Below, in pieces: positions 56,112 through 64,000 of a stretch of 64,000 bases of DNA. The DNA comes from an uncultured bacterium. Lineage in GTDB: Bacteria > Patescibacteriota > Minisyncoccia > UBA6257 > 2-01-FULL-56-20. Where the stretch lies: NCBI GenBank assembly GCA_963719425.1, contig OY970382.1, positions 455,100-519,099 on the forward strand, given 5' to 3'. Each line of letters starts with the position of its first letter. Positions within the stretch are counted from its first letter, which is position 1. The notes below the pieces were generated by a model. That model did not search any database, was not told where the DNA came from, and worked only from the letters and a program-made list of their open reading frames with translations. The translations under genes and the position numbers were made by a program.

Positions 56112-56266
56112 TTTTGTTAAATAGGGGAGGCTCGGGAGATCAATGCTCTCTGGCAACGGAAATTCTTGGTCAAGACTGGACAAGGTTCAATTTATCTGCA
56201 ACCGATTTCACTGTCATCACCAAAACCCTTTTATGCACACCCCTATAATCTATTCACAATGCTATA

Positions 56267-58684
56267 ATGTACTCAATGGATAAAAGGTATTTTGTTCTCG
56301 TTGCCGCTATTCTCGTAGTGCTAGGTTTCGCTTTGATTTCTCCTCGTTCTACCTTGATTGCCCTTTCTCAAGGAACGGAAGGAACAGGCGGCATCTCTCT
56401 TTCCAACGTCACGAGTGGCCTTTATACGATCGTGATCACGGGGCAGGATCAAAACGGTAACTCCGCCGGCGGCTCGCCGCAAACGCTAGCGTTGACCGTG
56501 ACCGCGTCCGCCGCGTCCGTCTGTACGAACGGCCAGACGCAGTCCTGCGCCCCGGCAAACTCCTGCGGCATGACGAATACGGGAACGGAGACCTGCAGTA
56601 ACAACACGTGGGGCGCCTGCAGCGTAAGCGCGCCGCCGGACAGTTCGTGTCCAGGGTACTGCAGCACGAACGGCACGACGCAGTCCTGCGCCCCGGCAAA
56701 CTCCTGCGGCATGACGAATACGGGAACGGAGACCTGCAGTAACAACACGTGGGGCGCCTGCAGCGTAAGCGCGCCGCCGGACAGTTCGTGTCCAGGGTAC
56801 TGCAGCACGAACGGCCAGACGCAGTCCTGCGCCCCGGCAAACTCCTGCGGCATGACGAATACGGGAACGGAGACCTGCAGTAACAACACGTGGGGCGCCT
56901 GCAGCGTAAGCGCGCCGCCGGCGAGCGCATGCAATTGCACGAACGGCCAGACGCAGTCCTGCGCCCCGGCAAACTCCTGCGGCATGACGAATACGGGAAC
57001 GGAGACCTGCAGTAACAACACGTGGGGCGCCTGCAGCGTAAGCGCGCCGCCGGACAGTTCGTGTCCAGGGTACTGCAGCACGAACGGCCAGACGCAGTCC
57101 TGCGCCCCGGCGAACTCCTGCGGCATGACGAATACGGGAACGGAGACCTGCAGCAACAACAGATGGGGCGCCTGCAGCGTAAGCGCGCCGCCGGACAGCG
57201 CGTGCACACCTGTTACCAGGGTTTCTGCTTCATGCAGTCCAACCACTGTCCTGCCCAGCGGCACCTCGCAGTGCACCGCAACGGTTTACTGCACCATCCC
57301 CGGCAGCTGCAATCCTACCGTCACTTGGGAGATGGTGAGCATGGGCGGTTCCATCAGCGCATCGGGCCTCTATACCGCGACCTACATTCCGCAGACCTAT
57401 ACCGCCACGGTGGAGGCGGTGTCGGTGCAAGACCCGAGGCAATACGGCACGGCGACCGTGACGGAGACGCCGCCCGGCGGCCCAGGAGGAACAGGAACTG
57501 TTACCGGAGTTTCTGCTTCATGCACTCCAAGCTCTATCCCGCCCGGAGGCACCTCGCAGTGTAAGGCGAAGGTTTCCGGCCAAGGTTCCTATTCCTCCGC
57601 CGTTACGTGGGGATTTTGGAGGGTCTATGGGAGCGTTGGTTCCATCAGCAACAGGGGCCTCTACACCGCGCCTGCGACAATAACCACGACAACGATCGTC
57701 AAGATTGTAGCGACATCGCAGCAGGACCCATCGCAATCTAGTAATGACGTGCCAGTGACGATCACCTTATTGCCCATCGTTTCCATTTCCGTCACTCCGT
57801 CACCCATTTACCTCGGCAATGCGGCAACTCTTAGCTGGTCAACAGTGAACGCGACTGCCTGCACCGCCGCCGGCACCGATCCGACCGAGTGGTCCGGGGC
57901 GCAAGCGACCAATGATTCGCAATACGTCCTCACCCCTGCCGCTACGGGAACTTATACCTACACGCTTACCTGTACCGGTCCCGGCGGGAGCGGATCAAAT
58001 TACGCAACCCTCACGGTCCGCCCGGCCCCGTCGCATGGCGGCGGCACCTGTACAAGAGGCCAGGAACGGGCCTGCACCTCGTCGCCGAACTCCTGCGGCA
58101 TGACGAACAGGGGGACGGAGACCTGCAACAGCAACGTGTGGGGGAACACCGCGTGGGGCGCCTGCAATGCAACCACGCCTCCGGATAGCGCGTGTTCGGG
58201 ATCCGTCTGTACGACGGGCGATACGCAGGCCTGCACCTCGACACCGAACACCCTCTGCGGCATAACGAACACGGGGACGTCGACCTGCAGCAACAATGCG
58301 TGGGGCGCCTGCAGCGCAACCACGCCTCCTGACAGCGCGTGTCCATGCCCCAGCGGAAATGGCTGCCCGCCCCTGCCTTCCTGCACCTTCACCGCCAGTC
58401 CTTCGACGATCATCACGCCGCAATCAGCAGACCTCATCTATAATTGCAGCTATGTGACCATCTGCGGCATCACGGGATCCGACGGCTCAACCTACCCCAT
58501 TTCGGTGAGTTCCTCCGACAGCGCGAGCAGCACCCAGGCAGTTGCGCCAAGCGCGAACACCTCCTACACCTTAAGTTGCTACGGCGAGGAGGGGACTCCG
58601 TACAGCAACTCGGCCTACGTTTCGGTCACGACCGTTCAAATCCAAGTCAACAGCAATCCCAATCTGCACGAGATCAATCCGTAA
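56267..58684 (+). CDS. Large secreted surface protein with five tandem ~47-aa Cys-rich repeats and a Big_2-like Ig domain
   Basis: Signal/TM (YFVLVAAILVVLGFALI); repeats 'NGQTQSCAPANSCGMTNTGTETCSNNTWGACSVSAPPDSSCPGYCST' x5; domain '...SCSPTTVLPSGTSQCTATV...TWEMVSMGGSISASGLYTATYIPQTYTATVEAVSVQDP' shared with the ORF at 59978. Confidence 0.6.
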   Translation: MYSMDKRYFVLVAAILVVLGFALISPRSTLIALSQGTEGTGGISLSNVTSGLYTIVITGQDQNGNSAGGSPQTLALTVTASAASVCTNGQTQSCAPANSCGMTNTGTETCSNNTWGACSVSAPPDSSCPGYCSTNGTTQSCAPANSCGMTNTGTETCSNNTWGACSVSAPPDSSCPGYCSTNGQTQSCAPANSCGMTNTGTETCSNNTWGACSVSAPPASACNCTNGQTQSCAPANSCGMTNTGTETCSNNTWGACSVSAPPDSSCPGYCSTNGQTQSCAPANSCGMTNTGTETCSNNRWGACSVSAPPDSACTPVTRVSASCSPTTVLPSGTSQCTATVYCTIPGSCNPTVTWEMVSMGGSISASGLYTATYIPQTYTATVEAVSVQDPRQYGTATVTETPPGGPGGTGTVTGVSASCTPSSIPPGGTSQCKAKVSGQGSYSSAVTWGFWRVYGSVGSISNRGLYTAPATITTTTIVKIVATSQQDPSQSSNDVPVTITLLPIVSISVTPSPIYLGNAATLSWSTVNATACTAAGTDPTEWSGAQATNDSQYVLTPAATGTYTYTLTCTGPGGSGSNYATLTVRPAPSHGGGTCTRGQERACTSSPNSCGMTNRGTETCNSNVWGNTAWGACNATTPPDSACSGSVCTTGDTQACTSTPNTLCGITNTGTSTCSNNAWGACSATTPPDSACPCPSGNGCPPLPSCTFTASPSTIITPQSADLIYNCSYVTICGITGSDGSTYPISVSSSDSASSTQAVAPSANTSYTLSCYGEEGTPYSNSAYVSVTTVQIQVNSNPNLHEINP
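56517..57215. repeat. Tandem DNA repeat, ~141-bp period x ~5, within the surface-protein gene
   Basis: Near-identical nucleotide units beginning ...GGCCAGACGCAGTCCTGCGCCCCGGCAAACTCCTGCGGCATGACGAATACGGGAACGGAGACCTGCAGTAACAACACGTGGGGCGCCTGCAGCGTAAGCGCGCCGCC... Confidence 0.85.
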
Positions 58685-58687
58685 ACG

Positions 58688-59734
58688 GTGAGTTTGATGG
58701 ATTTTTGGAGGAAAAATCGGGGCCAGTCGCTTATTGAGGCCATTATCGCGGTTGCCGTCGGCGCGGCGTTTCTCATCGCCGGCGCGGGGATCATCGCACC
58801 CGCTCTCAAGACGAGCAAGCAAACGCGCACTATAGAGACGCAGACGGAACTTGGGAAGGAACTCTTGGACGACACAAAAGTATGGGCCACGGCGAACTGG
58901 AATAATCTCCTCGCGCTCGCCACCAGCTCGGCAAATCAATACCATCTTCTGACCGCGCAATCGCCCTTCTCGTCGGCGACGGGAACCGAGCCGGTGGTCG
59001 TTGCGACCACTACCAACTCAACCACTACCTACCAGCGCTATTTCTACTTGAGCGACGCGTATCGCACCTCGGCGGGGAACCTCACCACAACCGCGAGCGG
59101 GAATTATTATGATCCCTCCGCAAAGCTCGTGACCGCTGTCACGAGCAACACAAGCACCAAATCTGCCGCATATGCCACGACGACCATGAGCGAATATCTC
59201 ACCCGTTATGCCAATAATATTTATGACCAAAGCGATTGGTCGGGCGGGCCGGGACAAAACAATCCCGTCGCGATCGCGGGCAACACCTTCGCGACATCCA
59301 CCAATATGATCACAAGTGCCGCGGGGCAGCTCACGCTATCAACCATAACGACGACGACCTACAACGCGAGCGGAACGCTTGATTCGGCAACCTTTGGAGT
59401 GGGCACGGGAATCCAATTGAATTCGGTTATGTGGCTGGGAAGCACGAGCACAAGCAACGGGACGGTAAAATTTCAATTCGCAGTGAGCAATACGAGCGCC
59501 TCAAGCACGCTCACGAGTTTTCTGGGGCCCGACGGGACCTCGCTCTCCTATTTCGGCGGGACGAACGGAGCCACCGAGGGCACGCCTATCAGTCTTGTTT
59601 CTACCTCCACCTCCAACGGCTACTCCCTTGTGAGCGGCTACCCCTACTTCCGCTATCGCATCACCCTCTTCTCAAACGCGTCAAACACTGGCAGCCCGAT
59701 CGTGAATCAGGTTATCATAAACTGGAGTCCGTGA
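58688..59734 (+). CDS. Type IV pilin-like/pseudopilin protein (N-terminal class-III signal peptide)
   Basis: 'RGQSLIEAIIAVAVGAAFLIAGAGII' (G|Q cleavage region, Glu at +5, hydrophobic helix). Confidence 0.55.
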   Translation: MSLMDFWRKNRGQSLIEAIIAVAVGAAFLIAGAGIIAPALKTSKQTRTIETQTELGKELLDDTKVWATANWNNLLALATSSANQYHLLTAQSPFSSATGTEPVVVATTTNSTTTYQRYFYLSDAYRTSAGNLTTTASGNYYDPSAKLVTAVTSNTSTKSAAYATTTMSEYLTRYANNIYDQSDWSGGPGQNNPVAIAGNTFATSTNMITSAAGQLTLSTITTTTYNASGTLDSATFGVGTGIQLNSVMWLGSTSTSNGTVKFQFAVSNTSASSTLTSFLGPDGTSLSYFGGTNGATEGTPISLVSTSTSNGYSLVSGYPYFRYRITLFSNASNTGSPIVNQVIINWSP

Positions 59735-59755
59735 TGGCTCGTGCAACATAGCATC

Positions 59756-59828
59756 GCCCCTATAGCTCAATTGGCAGAGCAACTCCCTCTTAAGGAGATG
59801 GTTCCAGGTTCAAGTCCTGGTGGGGGCA
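59756..59828 (+). tRNA. tRNA-Lys (anticodon CUU)
   Basis: GCCCCTA TA GCTC AATTGGC AGAGC A ACTCC CTCTTAA GGAGA TGGTT CCAGG TTCAAGT CCTGG TGGGGGC A. Confidence 0.8.
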
Positions 59829-59977
59829 CAAATCAGTGAGGCCCGGTTATGTTATAATAATTGATTATAATAACTGATGGGAATGGGGCCGAAGGTCATT
59901 TTGTAGTATGGTATAATAAATGAAAGGTCGCTGTAAGAATTAAGTTGAATAAAAACTCGTAATTACTAATAAAAATC

Positions 59978-61660
59978 ATGAAAAAAGAAGCAATAGTTTT
60001 CGTGTCAATGCTTGCCTTGCTCGGAGGCAGCCTAGGCCTTGCCGTCGCGCAGACGACGGCGCCATCGGCAATTACCGGGGTTTCTGTTTCGTGCAGTCCG
60101 GGCACCGTCTCGCCCAGCGGCGCCTCGCAGTGCACCGCAACGGTTTCCGGCACCGGCAGCTACAGCTCTGCCGTCACATGGAGTATGGTGAGCATGGGCG
60201 GTTCCATCAGCGCATCGGGCCTCTATACCGCGACCTACATTCCGCAGACCTATACCGCCACGGTGAAGGCGGTGTCGGTGCAGGACCCGACGCAATACGG
60301 CACGGCGACCGTGACGGAGACGCCTACCGGCGCGCCGTTGCCATCGCCTGCCACCACTCCGTCGCCGTCGAGTCTTCCCGTCGCCACCGTGACTATGAGC
60401 TGCGTCAGTATGGTGCTCGTAAACACAACCGACACTTGTCTCGCGCAGGTGGTCGTGGGACCCATTGCGCCGAACGTGTATGAATGGCCCAGTAGTGTGC
60501 AGGGGTTGACGTGGTCGGTGAGCGGCGGCGGTACGATCAATTCCTCCGGAGTCTACACGGCTCCCGGATATCCCACCACCGCGACGATCACCGCCACCTC
60601 CGTACAGGATCCGACAAAATCAAGTTCGTTGGCAGTTTCGGTTGTTACGGCTTTTCCCGCCACCATGAGAGGTGGACCTCCTGAGATTTCTACGGGAGCT
60701 ATCCCGATCTCGTCTTCGAGCGGTTCCGCTGGCGGAACCAGCGCTGGCAGCAGCGGCACCACCAGCAGCAGCGGCGCCACCACGCAGCCTTCGGGGGTGA
60801 TGACGCTTCAACAGGTCATGAGCACGCTTTCGCAAAAACTCACCCAGCTCTCGCAAACCAACGCGACGCTCTACGCGCAAGTCATGGCGCTCCTAAACCA
60901 GCTCCTAAGTCTCTTGGGGGGCGCTCCCGTTGCGTGTCCTACCTATATGCTCTATTGTCCCTATGGCAGCTACACCGTTCTTGGCAGTAATGGTTGCAGC
61001 CAAACGGTTTGCAATCCTGCACCCACAACGCCCTCCTCAGGTACTTCCTTCAGCTACACCTGGAACACGGACCTGCAGTACGGCATGTACAACAATCCCG
61101 ATGTGAGTGCGCTGCAGGAGGCATTGACGCTCCAAGGGCTGTACAGCGGCCCGATCAACGGTACGTTCTTGAGTATGACGCAGGATGCTGTTGTGCTCTT
61201 CCAGCAAAAGTATGGCATCCCCGGGACGGGATACGTCGGAGCGCTTACGCGCGCCGAGTTGAACGCGCTCTACGGCACGGCAGCCACGACGCCGCCGACC
61301 AGCACCACCTCTCCTCTTACCGTCTCTTGCCAAAAAGCGAGCGATTTTTGGGCAACGAAGGCAGGCAACAACAAAGTGGCCAATGTAGTACTGCAAGCGA
61401 CGGCAACGGGCGGCAACCCGCCGTATGCCTACCTCTGGTATCGCGCAGCGAATGTAGGTCAAACTTTCAATGGGTGTATATATCCCTCCAGCGCAACGAC
61501 TACCTATCCCTCCTATGCGTCTCCAACCGCTTCAAGTTCGGTCACGTTTTCGTGGGAAACCTGGATGTCTCAAACCCAATGCATGTACATTGAGGCGGAG
61601 GACGCATCCTTGAACGTAGCGACATCAAGCTGCATGGTGACCGCACCGGCGGGCATGTGA
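59978..61660 (+). CDS. Secreted cell-wall-associated protein: Big_2-like Ig domains + C-terminal peptidoglycan-binding (PG_binding_1-like) domain
   Basis: Signal peptide; 'GVSVSCSPGTVSPSGASQCTATV...TWSMVSMGGSISASGLYTATYIPQTYTATVKAVSVQDP'; 'NNPDVSALQEALTLQGLYSGPINGTFLSMTQDAVVLFQQKYGIPGTGYVGALTRAELNALYG'. Confidence 0.6.
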   Translation: MKKEAIVFVSMLALLGGSLGLAVAQTTAPSAITGVSVSCSPGTVSPSGASQCTATVSGTGSYSSAVTWSMVSMGGSISASGLYTATYIPQTYTATVKAVSVQDPTQYGTATVTETPTGAPLPSPATTPSPSSLPVATVTMSCVSMVLVNTTDTCLAQVVVGPIAPNVYEWPSSVQGLTWSVSGGGTINSSGVYTAPGYPTTATITATSVQDPTKSSSLAVSVVTAFPATMRGGPPEISTGAIPISSSSGSAGGTSAGSSGTTSSSGATTQPSGVMTLQQVMSTLSQKLTQLSQTNATLYAQVMALLNQLLSLLGGAPVACPTYMLYCPYGSYTVLGSNGCSQTVCNPAPTTPSSGTSFSYTWNTDLQYGMYNNPDVSALQEALTLQGLYSGPINGTFLSMTQDAVVLFQQKYGIPGTGYVGALTRAELNALYGTAATTPPTSTTSPLTVSCQKASDFWATKAGNNKVANVVLQATATGGNPPYAYLWYRAANVGQTFNGCIYPSSATTTYPSYASPTASSSVTFSWETWMSQTQCMYIEAEDASLNVATSSCMVTAPAGM

Positions 61661-61887
61661 GCAGCACTTGCCGCGAGCAACTACTGCAGCGATAAGCCGG
61701 GTGTTTACCCGCCCATCGGCGATTACTGCAGCCAAGTCAACTCATCATCCCCCCCCAGTAACTCCTCATCACAAGCACCGTCCGATCGGAGAAACCATAT
61801 AGCGCCCCTCCCCGCAGGCGTTCCAATAGACCTTGAGCACGCCTATCTCAGCCGCGAGGCAAAAGGTGTGCTATACTATGGGCACGA

Positions 61888-64000
61888 ATGGCCTCTCAAC
61901 GCACGGCCCAAGTTGTTCTTGAAGCTCCCCTCTTTGAAGTCATCGGTGCACGGGTCCCGCTCCTTCGGCAGTTGGAAAAGCTTGGCGTGAAAACCGTCGG
62001 CGACCTTCTCTATTATTTCCCGTTCCGCTACGAAGACTTTTCAAAGATCTATGCCATCGCGGACCTTGAGCCTGGCCAGCAAGCGACCGTACAAGCAACC
62101 GTTGAAGAAATCTCCTTCCGGCATACCTGGAAGAAGCGGATGAGTATCGTGGAGGCAATGCTGGCGGACGAATCCGGCTCCATCCGCGCCGTATGGTTCA
62201 ACCAACCCTATGTGGCAAACGTCCTTAAAGCCGGCCGCCTCGCGAACTTCGCGGGAAAGATTTCGCTTTCCGAAGAAGGCGAGTTGTACTTGAGCCATCC
62301 GGCGTACGAGGTGGTCCGCCGCCTCCCTCCCACCGCGTCGTCATCCACTACAGATACCGAAGTGGTAGTGGACAGGGAAACCAAGCACACCGCGCGGCTC
62401 GTCCCCATTTATCCGGAAACGCGCGGCCTCACCTCCCGCGGCATCCGCTTCATCATGCAATCGGTCCTCCGGCGGAAGCCGTTGCTCGCGGAGTGGATCC
62501 CGCCTGCCATCCTCGCCGAATTCCACTTTCCCGAACTCAACGGGGCAATCGCATCAGTCCATTTTCCAAAACATCTTGACGACGCCCTCGCCGCAAAAAA
62601 GCGGTTTGCGTTTGAAGATCTCTTTCTTCTCCAGCTTTTCAACCTCCAGCAGAAACTCACGCTTTCCCGGGAGCAAGCACCGGCCATCGCCGCCGATATT
62701 CCGAAAGTAAAGAGGGTGCTTTCCGCGTTGCTATTCACCCTCACCGTGTCGCAAAAGAAATCGCTCTGGGAGATCATGCAGGACATAGCACGGCCAAGGC
62801 CGATGAACCGCCTGCTCCAAGGAGATGTCGGCTCGGGAAAGACCGTGATCGCGGCCATCGCCGCCATGAGCGCGGCTGACCATGGATTCCAAACCGCCTT
62901 CATGGCGCCCACGGAAATCCTCGCGCACCAGCATTTTGAAACCATGAAGAAACTTTTTACGAATGCCGCCACAATGGAGCGCGGAGAACATGCGCCCGTA
63001 ATCGGCCTCCTCACGGCGAGCGGCGGCACCGTCTTCTATGAAAACGGCATTGAGGCGAAAATGCCGAAACGCGAGTTGCACGCGAAGGCCGCAAGCGGGG
63101 AAATTGCGATCGTTTTCGGCACGCATGCGCTCATCCAAAAATCAGTACATTTCAAAAATCTTGGCTTTGTAATCGTTGACGAGCAGCATCGCTTCGGCGT
63201 GCGCCAGCGCGCCGAGCTCTCCGCAAAAAAGGGCGGGCTCATGCCCCATTTCCTCAGCATGTCGGCGACGCCGATCCCGCGGACGCTTATGCTCACGGTG
63301 TTCGGCGACCTTGATCTCTCGCTCATCACGGAACTCCCGGCGGGCAGGAAGCCGATCACGACGAAGCTGGTTTCTCCGCTTGAGCGGGCCGCCGCCTATG
63401 CCTTCGCGCGCGGCGAGATCAAACAGGGCCGGCAGGCATTCGTCATCTGCCCGCGCATTGAACCGGCCGCTGAAGGACAAAAATCGGCCCAAGTGCGAAG
63501 CGCAAAAATCGGCGAACTTAAACAAATGAAAACGCTGGAACTAAAATCGGTGAAAGAAGAATATGAAAAATTATCAAAAAACGTTTTCCCCGACCTCACG
63601 ATCGCAATGCTCCATGGCCAGATGAAGGCGAAGGAAAAAGACAGCGTCATGCAGCAATTCAAGGACAAACAATTTGACATTCTCGTCACGACCTCCGTCG
63701 TGGAGGTCGGCGTGGACATCCAGAACGCGACGATCATGATGATAGAGGGCGCCGAACGGTTCGGCCTCGCCCAGCTCTACCAGTTCCGCGGCCGCGTGGG
63801 GCGGGGCGAGCACCAATCCTATTGCTTCCTCATGGCGGATACCAACGCAAAAACCGCGCACGCGCGGCTCAAAGCGATCCTTGAAGCGAAAAATGGGTTT
63901 GAACTCGCAGAGAAGGATCTCGCCCTCCGCGGTCCCGGCCAATTTTTCGGGGAAATTCAAACCGGGCTTCCCGACGTCGCCATGGAGGCGCTCCGCGACC
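61888..64000 (+). CDS. recG: ATP-dependent DNA helicase RecG (3'-partial, runs off the window end)
   Basis: Own translation of frame 1 from the ATG at 61888 gives MASQRTAQVVLEAPLFEVIGARVPLLRQLEKLGVKTVGDLLYYFPFRYEDF... (wedge domain). Downstream lie helicase motif I 'GDVGSGKTVIA', motif II 'VIVDEQHRFGV', and 'QLRGRVGRG'. Confidence 0.8.
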   Translation, partial: MASQRTAQVVLEAPLFEVIGARVPLLRQLEKLGVKTVGDLLYYFPFRYEDFSKIYAIADLEPGQQATVQATVEEISFRHTWKKRMSIVEAMLADESGSIRAVWFNQPYVANVLKAGRLANFAGKISLSEEGELYLSHPAYEVVRRLPPTASSSTTDTEVVVDRETKHTARLVPIYPETRGLTSRGIRFIMQSVLRRKPLLAEWIPPAILAEFHFPELNGAIASVHFPKHLDDALAAKKRFAFEDLFLLQLFNLQQKLTLSREQAPAIAADIPKVKRVLSALLFTLTVSQKKSLWEIMQDIARPRPMNRLLQGDVGSGKTVIAAIAAMSAADHGFQTAFMAPTEILAHQHFETMKKLFTNAATMERGEHAPVIGLLTASGGTVFYENGIEAKMPKRELHAKAASGEIAIVFGTHALIQKSVHFKNLGFVIVDEQHRFGVRQRAELSAKKGGLMPHFLSMSATPIPRTLMLTVFGDLDLSLITELPAGRKPITTKLVSPLERAAAYAFARGEIKQGRQAFVICPRIEPAAEGQKSAQVRSAKIGELKQMKTLELKSVKEEYEKLSKNVFPDLTIAMLHGQMKAKEKDSVMQQFKDKQFDILVTTSVVEVGVDIQNATIMMIEGAERFGLAQLYQFRGRVGRGEHQSYCFLMADTNAKTAHARLKAILEAKNGFELAEKDLALRGPGQFFGEIQTGLPDVAMEALRD

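Noticed and set aside
56436-57276. Two long minus-strand ORFs (257 and 275 aa, Arg/Cys/Pro-rich) inside the surface-protein gene
   Set aside because: They are antisense read-throughs of the 141-bp tandem repeat. Low-complexity periodic sequence opens ORFs in every frame; the + strand product has signal peptide and domain logic.
1-64000. CRISPR arrays
   Set aside because: No regularly spaced short direct repeats with unique spacers were seen. The only tandem array (56517..57215) is a coding 141-bp repeat, and the 27-bp motif copies are irregularly spaced and oppositely oriented.

Overview
This 64-kb window of GC-rich (~55-60%) DNA has the gene content and synteny of a Candidate Phyla Radiation (Patescibacteria)-type bacterium. 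The minus strand carries a long, conserved core block: rpsL-rpsG-fusA, then proS and mreBCD-mrdA-galT, then rplU and tuf-rpsJ, then the S10/spc ribosomal cluster (rplC through rplO, then secY), and finally adk-map-greA. L30 is absent between S5 and L15 and S14 is the short Zn-ribbon type. The block also includes dnaE, lysS, a ParE/Phd toxin-antitoxin pair and several small hydrolases. Seven tRNAs are present. One of them, tRNA-Thr(GGU), carries a ~213-nt group-I-like intron in its anticodon loop and is flanked by two paralogous HTH-domain proteins of unknown function. The most unusual region (45.1-49.6 kb) looks like a ~4.4-kb integrative element inserted at the 3' end of tRNA-Ala(UGC). It encodes a large serine recombinase whose gene is bracketed by 123-bp inverted repeats, and an AT-richer cargo bracketed by 299-bp inverted repeats. 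The cargo is an XRE regulator, a membrane-anchored SH3b + trypsin-like protease and a HEPN/AbiU2-like protein. The internal copy of the repeat block is an intact inverted image of the two ends joined, which resembles an attP/attL/attR arrangement sharing a CCAC core; the element supplies the CCA end of the tRNA. Other notable points are listed below.
- A 452-bp cassette encoding a small RNA-polymerase alpha-CTD-like protein is present twice in inverted orientation, 35 kb apart, with each copy bounded by a dispersed 23-27-bp motif that occurs at least seven times.
- Five apparent single-nucleotide frameshifts lie in essential genes (fusA twice, rplB, rplP, rplW); these are most likely assembly indels.
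- A tRNA-Asp plus an orphan ORF is inserted between rpsJ and rplC.
- A ~175-bp imperfect palindrome lies upstream of dnaE.
- The 3' third of the window is a cluster of large secreted, Cys-rich or Ig-like surface proteins and a pilin-like protein, followed by partial recG.
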